From: Chiloscyllium plagiosum
Taxonomy: Eukaryota
Reading direction: 5' to 3'
Length of the DNA stretch: 64,000 nt
Assembly: GCF_004010195.1 (NCBI RefSeq)
Contig: NC_057753.1
Location: 7,312,130-7,376,129 of the forward strand
Part shown: one piece after another, positions 52,441 through 63,402 of the stretch
How the letters are laid out: each line of letters opens with the position of its first letter
How positions within the stretch are numbered: the stretch's first letter is position 1
Notes under the pieces: generated by a model
Database searches by the model: none
What the model was told of the DNA's origin: nothing
Seen by the model: the letters and a program-made list of their open reading frames with translations, nothing else
Program-made: the position numbers and the translations under genes

Positions 52441-55400
52441 CAAACTTCCCCAAAACCGAGGTCAGGCTCACTGGTCTATAGTTCCCTGGCTTGTCTTTAC
52501 CGCCCTTCTTAAACAGTGGCACCGTGTTTGCCAACCTCCAATCTTCCGGCACCTCACTTATGACTATCAATGATACAAATTTCTCAGCAAGAGGCCCAAC
52601 AATCACTTTTCTCGCTTCCCAGAGTTCTCGGGTACACCTGATCAGGTCTGGGGATTTATCCACCTTTAACCATTTCAAGACATCCAGCACTTCCTCTTCT
52701 GTAATCTGGTCATTTTGCAAGATGTCACCATCTATTTCCCTACAGTCTGTATCTTCTTTATCCTTTTCCACAGTAAGTACTGATGCAAAATATTCATTTA
52801 GTATCTCCCCCATTTTCTGTGGCTCCACACAAACGCCGCCTTGCTGATCTTTGAGGGGCCCTATTCTCTCCCTAGTTACCCTTTTGGCCTTAATACATTT
52901 GTAAAAACCCTTTGGATTCTCCTTAATTCTATTTGTCAAAGCTATCTAATGTCCCCATTTTGCCCTCCTGATTTCCCTCATAAGTGTACTCCTACTTTCT
53001 TTATAGAAGAATACAGCGCAGTACAGGCCCTTCGGCCCTCGATGTTGCGCCGATCCAAGCCCACCTAACCTACATTAGCCCACTATCCTCCATATGCCTA
53101 TCCAATGCCTGCTTAAATGCCCATAATGAGGGAGAGTCCACCACTGCTACTGGCAGGGCATTCCATGAACTCATGACTCGCTGAGTAAAGAACCTATCCC
53201 TAACATCTGTCCTATACCTACCCCCCCCTTAATTTAAAGCTATGCCCCCTTCTAAGGATTCACTCGAACTATCCTGTCTATACCTGATATATGCTTCCTT
53301 CTTTTTCTTAACCACACCCTCAATTTCTTTAGTCATCCAGCATTCCCTATACCTACCAGCCTTCCCTTTCACCCTGACAGGAATATTCTTTCTCTGGATT
53401 CTTGTTATCTCATTTCTGAAGGCATCCCGGTTTCCTGCGAACATCTGCCTCCAATCAGCTTTTGAAAGTTCTTGCGTAATACCGTCAAAATTGGCTTTTC
53501 TCCAATTTAGAACTTTAACTTTTAGATCTGGTCTATCCTTTTCCATCACTATTTTAAAACGAATAGAATTATGGTCGCTGGCCCCAAAGTGCTCCCCCAC
53601 TGACACCTCAATCACCTGCCCTGCCTTATTTTCAAGACTAGGTCAAGTTTTACACATTCCCTAGTAGGTACATCCACATACTGAATCAAAAGTGTACACA
53701 CTTAACAAATTCCTCTCCATCTAAACCTTTAACAGCATGGCAGTCCCAGTCGATGTTTGGAAAGTTAAAGTCCCCCATCATAACCACTCTATTATTCTTA
53801 CAGATAGCTGAGATCTCCTTACAAGTTTGTTTCTCAATTTCCCTCTGACTATTGGGGGGAGGGGGGTGTCCATAATACAATCCCAGTAAGGTGATCATCC
53901 CTTTCTTATTTGTCAGTTCCACCCAAATAACTTCCCTGAATGTATTTCTGGGAATATCCTCCCTCAGCACAGCTGTAATGCTATCAATTACCAAAAATGC
54001 CACTCCCTCCTCTCTTGCCTCCCTTTCTATCCTTCCTGTAGCATTTGTATCCTGGAACATTAAGCTGTCAGTCCTGCCCATCCCTGAGCCATGTTTCCAT
54101 AATTGCTATGATATCCCAGGCCCATGTTCCTAACTATGCCCTGAGTTCATCTGCCTTCCCTGTTAGGCCCCTTGCATTGAAATAAATGCAGTTTAATTTA
54201 TTAGTCCTACCTTATCCCTACCTGCCCTGACTGGTTGACTCACTTCTGTTCTCAGCTGTACCCGTCTCAGATCGATCTCTTTCCTCACTATCTCTCTGGG
54301 TTCCACCTTCCCCCCCACCTCCCCCACACGTTACTTTTTTAAATCCTCCCAAGCAGTTCTAGCAAATTTACCTGGCAGTATATTAGTCCCCTTCCAATAT
54401 AGGTGCAATCCGTCCCTCTTGTACAAGTCACTTCTACCCTAAAAGAGATTCCAATGATCCAAAAATGTGAATCATTCTCCCATACACCAGCTCATCAGCC
54501 ATGCATTCATCTGCTCTATCCTCCTATCCCTGCCCTCACTATCTTGTAGCACTGGGTGTAATCCAGATATTACTGCCCTTGAGGACCTCCTTTTTAAATT
54601 TTTGCCTAACCTTCTGTAATCTCCCTTCAGAGCCTCAACCTTTTCCCTTCCAATGTTGTTGGTTCCAATGTGGACAATGACCTCCGACTGGCCCCTCTCC
54701 CCCGTGAGAACATTCTGCACCCTCCCTGAGACATCCTTGATCCTGGCACCAGGGAAACAACACACCATTTTGCTTTTTCTCTGCTGGCCACAGAAACATC
54801 TATTTGTACCTCTGACTACAGAATCCCCTAACATAATTGATCTTTTGGATGCCGACATACCCCTCGTTGCATTAAAGCCAGTCTCAATACCAGAAACTTC
54901 GCTGTTCGTGCTATGTTCCCCATCACCCCCTACATTTTCCAAAACAGCATACCTGTTTGAAATAGGTATATCCACAAAAGACTCCTGCACTAGCTGCCTA
55001 CTTCTCTTACCCTTCCTGGAGTTAACCGATCTATGTGACTGTATCTGGGACTTTCCCCCCCTTCCTATAACTGCCATCCATCACATACTGTTGCTGTTGC
55101 AAATTCCTCATCGCTTCTATCTGTCTCTCCAATGGATCCACTCGATCTGATAAGATTCGCATCCAACAGCATTTATGGCAGATATAATCCGCAGTAACCC
55201 TTAAACTCTCTTTAAACTCCCACATCTGACAAGAAGTACATATCACTGCAAAGGCCATTTTTGCTCCTTCGCAATCTACAGACCCAGAAAATAACAACAT
55301 CTTATTTCTCTACAAACACTGCCCCAGGTTAAATTGGTAGCTATGACTTATATGTTCAGCTTAATCAAGAGGAGTATCTCCAAAAACATATGATCAAGAA

Positions 55401-55550
55401 AGAATCCACTATAATCACTACTGCAGCCTTTCTCTTGGACAGACTTAAAACATCAATTAACTTATCTGATTCTGTGCTGTGAAATTCGCCCAGCCTTTCC
55501 TCCAAGATTAGTTGTGAATTTCACTGTTTGTTAATTTTCCCAGATGCACT
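52440..55550 (-). mobile_element. CR1 LINE 5' portion: 5' UTR, ORF1 (zinc finger/coiled coil/SGNH esterase), ORF2 APE endonuclease and start of RT
   Basis: ORF1 'CTSCQMW...CHKC...LSDRVDPLERQI' and 'LGDSVVRG...CFPGARIKD...VIVHIGTNNIG'. APE 'GVAFLV', 'MGDFNFPNIDW', 'GASDHNSI'. RT N-terminus 'VPEDWRLANTVPLFKKG..PGNYRPVSLTS'. Confidence 0.92.
53003..53250 (-). mobile_element. Young CR1 3' fragment nested in the older CR1
   Basis: Near-identical to 5020-5252. Confidence 0.85.
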
Positions 55551-56699
55551 CCGATCTTATTGAAGCCTGGAGAGAGTGGACTTGGAGTAGATGTATTGAC
55601 TAGGAGCGCAGAGTAGGCCTCATGTGAACAGCCTCATAGAGAAAGATAGGACCCTTTATAACTGTGATGAGAAGGAAAGTCTTCAGTAGAACTGATTGCT
55701 GAAGAGGGTTGTGCAGACCAAATCATTGAGTTGACTTAAAACAAAGGTAGGTAGGTTTTTGATCAGTACCACAATCAAAGTTTATGGTTTTACGAAGCAT
55801 ATCAGCCATGATCATGTGGTTGAGCAGATTGCAAGAGCCAAATGGCCTGCTTCTGCTTCAATACTTTCTCATTCTTTTGTTTGTTGAGCAACAACAGATG
55901 TCAGGTTTATAACATGGGAGATCTGTGGATCACTGTAACAAAAATGGAGTATCAGTTTCAGTTTATTAGTTCAATATCTCACAAGGAAAACCATGCAGTT
56001 AGATCAAAGGAATTCTCAAGGAGCTCCGGAGCCAAGAATAATCCAAATTCAATGGAAAATCCAGAACTTCCAGTTTGCAATACCAAATGCAACTGCCTCT
56101 CCACGTCAATAACCATACTGACTTGGAAATACACCAGAATACCAGTGTCACTGTGACATAATCTCTTCATTCCCTTCCTAACAAAATTCTGGTTGTTGCT
56201 TTACTCCATCATAGTAGTAGTTTAAGGAGGCAGCTGACTGCCATCTTCTCCAGCGCAATTAGGGATTGGCCCAGTCTATGAAGGATGGTTAAAGTACAGA
56301 CACACCTTTGTCCCTATCTCTTTAAAACGGGGTGATCTCCCTGTGGCATGGCTCAGGGAGTTTCCATTCACAGCAAGGCAGTTCGTCCGCTCCCAATCTG
56401 ATATCACCACTAGGTGCAGATGACGGAGCTGGGGGAGGGGAGGTGTGAGCATCATGAGACACAGCAGCAGTTAATTGAGGGTGGGGACTAGAACCGGTGT
56501 CTTCAAATATCCAGCTTCCTTTTACAGAGTGGGCAGGATACTGCTGCTACTCAAGGTCTGCATTGTGTGGGGAATATTTCTAACAGGTAATTGCCGATTA
56601 ATCACATTCCATCAGTTCTCTCACTTCATAATGTTGCTTGGCTCTTCAGTAAGGTGACTGAGCTCTCAGAGTCACAGCGATGGAAGACACACTGAACTG

Positions 56700-57810
56700 C
56701 GTTTGAGGATGTAACTCTGAAGATGGACAAGGGAGATCCAGTGGATGTTGTATACCTGGACTTTCAGAAAGCCTTTGATAAAGTCCCACACAGGAAGTTA
56801 ATGAGCAAAATTAGGGCACATGGTATTAGGGGCAAAATACTGACATGCATTGAAAATTGGTTGGCTGTCAAGAAACAAAGAGTAGTGATAAATGGCTCTC
56901 TTTCAGAATGGCAGGCGGTGACCAGTGGTGAGCCGCAGGGATCAGTGCTGGGACTGCAACTTTTTACAATGTACATTAATGATATAGATGAAGGTATTAA
57001 AAGTAATATTAGCAAATTTGCTGATGACAAAAAGCTGGGTGGCAGGGTGAAATGTGAGGAGGATGCCGGGAGAATATAGGGTGACCTGGACAGGCTTGGT
57101 GAGTGGACGGATGCATGGCAGATGTAATTTAATGTGGATAAAGGGGCAGTACAACGAGATCTAGGTGTTCTTGTACATCAGTCAATGAAAACAAGCATGT
57201 AGGTACAGCAGGCAGTGAAGAAAGCTAATAGCATGCTGACCTTCATAACAAGAGGAATTGAGTATAGAAGCAGCTGTACGGGGCCCTGGTGAGACCGCAC
57301 CTGGAATATTGTGCGCAGTTTTGGTCTCCACATTTGAGGAAATACATCCTGGCTATTGAGGAAGTTCAGCGTAGGTTCACGAGGTCAATTCCCGGAATGG
57401 CATAACTATCTTATGCTGAAAGATTGGAGCAACTGGGCTTGCATATGCTTGAGTATAGAAGGCTGAGAGGGGATCTGAATGAGACGTATTAAAGGATTGG
57501 ACACTCTGGAGGCAGGAAGCATGTTTCCGCTGATGGGGGAGTCTCAAACCAGAGGACACAGTTTAAAAATAAGGGGTAGGCCACTTAGAACACAGTTGAG
57601 GGGAAACTTCTTCACCCAGAAGGCTGTGGAGGCCAAGTCTCTGGATACTTCAAGAAAGAGTTGGATAGAGCTCTTAAGGATAGTGGAATCAAGGATTGTG
57701 GGGATGAGGCAGGAACAGAATACTGATTGAGGATGATCAGCCATGATCATAATGAACGGTGGTGCTGGCTCAAAGGGCAGAATGGCCTACTCCTGTACCT
57801 ATTGTCTATT
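56700..57810 (+). mobile_element. CR1 LINE RT through 3' end
   Basis: 'VDVVYLDFQKAFDKVPH...VTSGEPQGSVLG...SKFADDKKLGG', 'TRGHSLKI..NFFTQ'. Confidence 0.9.
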
Positions 57811-58039
57811 GTCAAATGACATTCCATCAGAATTGGACCAGTCTCCTTTGCTGTCACGCAGGACACTGTCTGATTTCTCATTGCATTCTCTCATCCTTCT
57901 TTTACAACCCCCTCAGTCCTATCTCCATTTTGTTACAACAGCTTGCCTTGTTTTATATTATGCAGCCAATCCAGTCATCTATTGCATTGCAGTGAACTCT
58001 GTGGTGGTTGGAACCATATCTGACACATGGGAAGGTGAT

Positions 58040-58420
58040 CATGGTTATTGGAATTGAGTCATCTCAGCTCCAGGGCATCACTGCAGGAATTACACAGGGT
58101 AGGCCCAACCATTTTCAACTGTCTCATGAATGACCTTCCCTCCATTATAAGGTCAGAAGTGGGGATGTTCACCAGTGATTGCACAATGTTCAGCACCATT
58201 TGCAATTCCTCAAGTACTGATGCAGTTCATGTCCAAATGCAACAAGATCTGGATAACATCCAGGCTTGAGCTGACAAGTTGCAAGTAACATTCTCACTAC
58301 GCAATTGCCAGACCACGACCATCACAATCTAACCATTGCCGCTTGACATTCAATTGTGTTACCATGAGTAACCGCCCCCTACCAACCACTTGGGTTTCAA
58401 TGACTGGACACTCAACTGGA
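58040..58420 (+). mobile_element. CR1/L2-clade LINE RT fragment
   Basis: 'GPTIFNCLMNDLPSIIRSEVGMF..DCTMF...MQQDLDNIQA'. Confidence 0.7.
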
Positions 58421-58600
58421 CTCCCTCAACTGATTTGTTTTGCAAAAACTGAAAAGAAACGCACAGATCTGATTGCTCTGACTTTTGTCCAGAATATTAA
58501 GACTCATGACTGGGCAGCATATCAACATAATCTAAAAACTACAGCCAAAGAAATGGTTCACTTCTTGATATTGATCTACATCACAATCCAATCACTGTAG

Positions 58601-58726
58601 TCATTTGTGAACTCGCTGGTGATGTCGAAGATACATGATCGAATGAATAGCTTCCCACACAGAGCAGGGGCATGGTCTCTGCACAGACTGAAGACGCTGG
58701 TGTCCAGATGATTCACTGATCTTAGT
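58601..58726 (-). pseudogene. C2H2 zinc-finger gene remnant (last finger)
   Basis: Minus strand 'HQRLQSVQRPCPCSV[fs]GKLFIRS..[fs]HQRVHK*', preceded by an acceptor-like 'tacttttctgtcAG'. Confidence 0.55.
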
Positions 58727-58902
58727 CTGACAGAAAAGTATTTGTGTGGTCTTCTGTCAGTGTGCACATCACAATAGGATACACCAGAACTTTAATATGA
58801 CTTAAGTCAGAGAGCGAGTGTGTATTCTGGTTTTTATTCTGATCTACCTGTGCCATCTTGATTACCTCTGATTTTAATTGCTTGTCTTTATTTCAGTTGA
58901 TA

Positions 58903-59575
58903 GAATCATAGAATCGCTCCAGTATGGAAACAGGCCCTTCACCCTAAAAAGTCCACACCGACACTCTGAAGAGTAACCCACCCAGACACATTCCCTTACC
59001 CTATTACTCTATATTTACCCCTGACTAATGCGTCTAACTAACACAACTCTGAGCAATTTAGCACGGCCAACTCACCTAAACCTGCACATCTTTGTGGGCG
59101 GCACGGTGGCACGGTGGCACAGTGGTTAGCACTGCTGCCTCACAGCGCCAGAGACCCGGGTTCAATTCCCGACTCAGGCGACTGACTGTGTGGAGTTTGC
59201 ACATTCTCCCCGTGTCTGCGTGGGTTTCCTCCGGGTGCTCCGGTTTCCTCCCACAGTCCAAAGATGTGCAAGTCAGGTGAATTGGCCATGCTAAATTGCC
59301 CGTAGTGTTAGGTAAGGGGTAAATGTCGGGGTATGGGTGGGTTGCGCTTCGGCGGGTCGGTGTGGACTTGTTGGGCTGAAGGGCCTGTTTCCACACTGTA
59401 AGTAATCTAATCTAATCTAATCTAATCTTTGGACTGTGGGTGAAAACCGAGCAGCTGGAGGAAACTCATGCAGACACAGGCAGAATGTGCAAACTCCACA
59501 CAGACATTTGCCTGAGGCTGGAAGCGAACCCGAGTCCCTGGTACTGTGAAGCAGCAGTGCTAAACACTGAGCCTC
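58903..59575 (-). mobile_element. Older HE1-type SINE, host of a nested copy
   Basis: Tail at ~58903, head at ~59570. Confidence 0.8.
59095..59424 (+). mobile_element. Young full-length HE1-type SINE
   Basis: Intact A box, B box (ggttcaattccc), V-domain and (TCTAA)n tail, with CpGs retained. TSD atctttg (59088-59094 / 59425-59431). Confidence 0.92.
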
Positions 59576-60280
59576 ATTTTCCTCTTGGGGACCCTGCAGC
59601 CATCGGGATTCAATGCTGGATACAAGAATTGTACTGCTTGATCACGTTCTCCCATGATCTTACCCGAGCTAGCACATAGCAGGCCTTGACATCACATAGT
59701 TTGCGGCCACAAAGAACCTATTCTCAACCACGAACAGTCCCCAATTGTAGCTATCCATTCTCCCAGGCTGGCCTTGACCCATTCCTTTGCCTGTCCAACT
59801 GGTTTTCTACTGCTCTGGGCTCCATCTCCACCGATCATTTAAATGCTCAACGAAGTCTATTTTTAATTTATTGCTTCACAAATATATAAAACTGGTACCA
59901 CTAAAACAAGGTGATCAGTGTCATATAATAAGTATAGTTAGGGTGTGCACTGCTTGGATGTGTTCTGGATGCAATTGAGGTATTCAATAAAATGTTAGAT
60001 TATTATTAGAATCAAACCAATGTTCAGGGTCACACGACGAAGGCAGGATCATGGCACAGAATGATGATGATGCTGATTCAGAGAGCCAGTGCAGACATAA
60101 TAGACAAAACCGCCTCCTTCGCCACTGTAACAATTCTAATGGTGATTGTTTTTGTTGAGTTAAAATTTCTCATGGGTCCTTAATCATCACGGGGTGAATA
60201 ATTTGCATCTCATCAACTAGCAGCATTATGGGAGCATACTCACCACACAAACTGCAGTGATTCAGGAAAGACAAACATCA

Positions 60281-60460
60281 TCGGGCATAAGCCCTTCTTC
60301 AGGAATCTTCGATGTTTCGGGCATAAGCCCTTCTTCAGGAAGGCTTGTGCCCGAAACGTCGATTCTCCTGCTCCTTGGATGCTGCCTGACCTGCTGCGCT
60401 TTTCCAGCAACACATTTTTCAGCTCTGATCTCCAGCATCTGCAGTCCTCACTTTCTCCAA
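60281..60460. mobile_element. Penelope-like family-1 end with inverted tandem hammerhead copies
   Basis: Two minus-strand 'cctgaagaagggcttatgcccga' units precede a plus-strand terminal repeat. Flanks caaacatcatcg / caagcatcatcg. Confidence 0.8.
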
Positions 60461-60787
60461 GTCAAGCATCATCGTCTTGATCGCCACATGGGATTGACAA
60501 TATACAGGAGATATCCGTGGAGACAGAAAACAAGGAATCAGTGAACATTTCATGCAGTATGAAATCATTTACATGGATATGTTGCATTTATTATGATGGT
60601 CAATATATGCTCAAAAGCAAAATGGAGCTCATTTCCAGTGCAGCAAAAGCCTTCCTGACTCTGAACGTTGCTGCGGGTATAGGACTCGGCAACATGGTCC
60701 CCGGATGGACAGCAGTGAAATCATCATTTTGGAAAACGCACGAAAGTAACACTAGTTAAACAGAGTCACACAGTTGACCTGGCCAGT

Positions 60788-60916
60788 CCTGATGAAGGGC
60801 TTATCCTGAAACGCCGAATCCCCGGCTCCTCGGATGCCACCTGACCTGCTGTGCTGTTCCGGTACCACTCTAATCTAGACTCTGACCTCCAGCATCTGCA
60901 GTGCTCACTTTCTCCT
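60788..60916 (+). mobile_element. Penelope-like terminal fragment, family 1
   Basis: 'cctgatgaagggcttatcctgaaacgccgaatc...ctcactttctcc'. Flanks cctggccag / cctggacag. Confidence 0.75.
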
Positions 60917-61149
60917 GGACAGGAGGGGTTCACTGAGGTGCGCATTGAAACTGAGCAATGGATGGATTGAATGCACACGCATTCATTTTGCCCCTGCAAA
61001 CACAGTTTGCACAGAGCTGCCCCCCTGCAGCCTGTCCCTAACAAAGGTGGTGGACGGTCTGGAAACCTCCCAGCGCCTTTGAGACCGTGCAGACCAGGAG
61101 CAGCATCTTCTCACTCGGGACCCCACAGCCCTCCGCCTTCTTTGACTTT

Positions 61150-61920
61150 ATTGGATGGTTGAAGATCGCGCGGTCACGAGCAGGAGACCACGATTGGTTG
61201 GTCCTTGAACCAATGGGAGGGAGTGGGAGCTGGCCCTCCAACCAATGGGGATGAAGAGTGGGCGGGAGGACTGAATGTACGTGTCTGGTCCTCCAACCAA
61301 TAGGAATGAACAGTGGGCGGGGCTGGAGGAACAAATTACACTCCTGGTCCTCCAGCCAATGGGAATGAATAGCGGGCGGGGCTGGAGGACCAAATAACAC
61401 TACGGGTCCTCCAGCCAATAGGAATGAATAGCGGGCGGGGCTGGAGGACCGTGGGCGGGAGGACTGAATGTACGTGTCTGGTCCTCCAACCAATAGGAAT
61501 GAACAGTGGGCGGGGCTGGAGGAACAAATTACACTACTGGTCCTCCAGCCAATAGGAATGAATAGCGGGCGGGGCTGGAGGACCGAGGCTGTGCGACTGG
61601 CCCTCCAACCAATGGGAAGGAACAGCTGGCGGGGCCGGAGGACAGTCATTGGTCCAGGGCCGTGGGCGGGCTCGGAGGACCGCGGAGGGTCCTCCGACCA
61701 ATGCGCGTGACGAGTGGGCGGGCACGTGACCGTCAGCCGTGAAGGCCGCGCGGTTGGTCGGGGACCCCTGAAGGAGACGGTAAATGGGGCGGGGCCGGGC
61801 CGGGGCCGGGCCGGGGGGTGGGGATACAGACACAGACACAGCCGCGGGACCGGGATGAAGGGCCGCTTGCAGCAAATGGCGGGGGGCCTCAGCGGTGCCC
61901 TGGTTACCAGGACCATCCTC
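61150..61920 (+). promoter_or_regulatory. CpG-rich promoter with a tandem CCAAT/GC-box array
   Basis: CCAAT at 61210, 61242, 61297, 61356, 61415, 61490, 61549, 61609 and 61698; ATTGG at 61150, 61193 and 61648. Many GGGCGG boxes, CACGTGAC E-box at ~61723, donor-like ACG|GTAAAT at 61779, and CpG retention. Confidence 0.75.
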
Positions 61921-61944
61921 CGGGGATAACAATCTCACACACAC

Positions 61945-62766
61945 ACACACACCAGGTTTAATCGGAAGCACTAACTTACTGAGGGACGCTCCTTCATCAG
62001 GGGGATCCTAACACAGAATTTACAGCAAAACTTTACAGTGTCAGGTCACTGAAATTATACATTGAAACATTGATTGTCTGTTAAGCCTTTCATCCGTTAG
62101 AATACAGTGAGAGTTTCACTTCATTCATGTGTAAATCACAAAACCTTTTATTTAAAGTTGCATTCTCGGGTTAGCTGTTAACAATGGTGATAGATGGGCA
62201 GTATGTTGAAGGTGTTAGCCCCCTGTGTTCTCTGTCTATGCCATGAATCTAACCTAAAAAGTGAGATAACAGAGTTTTACATAAATTCATGCAGTTTTTG
62301 AGCTCAGAGTCCTACATGAATGCATGCAGAGTTACATTGCACTTTGCTCAAAAACTGCATGAATTTATGTAAAACTCTGTTATCTCACTTTTTAGATTAG
62401 AATCAATCTAAACATCATGGCATACTGCCTAGCTATCACCATTGTTAACAGCTAAGCTGAGAATGCAACTTTTTAAATAAAGGGTTTTGTGATTTACACA
62501 TGCAAGAACTGAAACTATCACTGTATTCTAACAGATGAAAGGCTTAACAGTCAATCAATTTTTCAATGTATAATTTCAGTTACATTACACTGTAAATCTT
62601 TGTGATAACTTCTGTGTGTTAGGATGGAGCCCTCCACTACCATCTGATGAAGGAGTGACGCTCCAAAAGCTAGTGTGCTTCCAATTAAACCTGTTGGACT
62701 ATAACCTGGTGTTGTGTGATTTTTAACTTTGTACATCCCAGTCCAACACCGGCGTCTCCAAATCAT
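61945..62766. mobile_element. Fold-back palindromic Penelope-like insertion, family 2 (~820 bp)
   Basis: Inverted arms with a ~50-bp perfect inner stem around 62320. Hammerhead motif at 62644 with GAAA->AAAA. Confidence 0.85.
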
Positions 62767-62809
62767 AACTCCAACCAGGACAGACATTGGTCTCTTCTCA
62801 CAGTTTAAT

Positions 62810-63136
62810 AGAATAGAATCCCTATAGTGTGGAAACAGGCCCTTCGGCCCACAAGTTCACACTGACCCTCTGAAGAGTAACCCACCGAGCCCCATTTCCC
62901 CCTACCCTACATTTACCACTGACTAATGTACCTAACCTACACATCGCTGAACACTGTGGGGCAACTTAGCATAGCCAATTCACCCTAACATGCAGATCTT
63001 TGGATTTTGGGAGGAAACCTGAGCAGACGCAGGAGGAGAATGTGCACACTCCCCACAGACAGTCACCCCCCCCGAGGCTGTAATCAAATCCAGGTCACTG
63101 GCGCAGTGAAGCGGCAGTGCTAACCACCGTGCCGCC
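62810..63136 (-). mobile_element. HE1-type SINE
   Basis: Homologous to the other HE1 copies. Confidence 0.8.
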
Positions 63137-63402
63137 CCAGCCATTGTGCCGTGAGTTTAAATCCCAGACTGATGTTGGGAAACCCCTTTGAACAGGGTGA
63201 GAGGAGGATATCCGCGCGACTGAGTGGGACTAGCACGGAATTAAAGTAACTGGCAGGAGAAATTGCTGGAGGAACACAGCAGGTCTGGCAGCATCCATGG
63301 AGAGAAAGCAGAGCTAACATATAAGATGAAGGGTTGAATTTCTTCAGCCATTTTGTTTCAGAGTTCCAGCAACCACAAGTCTGTTTTATTTAAGATGTGC
63401 AG

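Noticed and set aside
61240..61640. CRISPR-like array (palindromic repeat with variable spacers)
   Set aside because: Eukaryotic context, no cas genes, and spacers are short and re-used. Better explained as a promoter minisatellite.
61038..61971. 292-aa and 145-aa Pro-rich ORFs
   Set aside because: Translations of the GC-rich tandem repeat with no domain signal.
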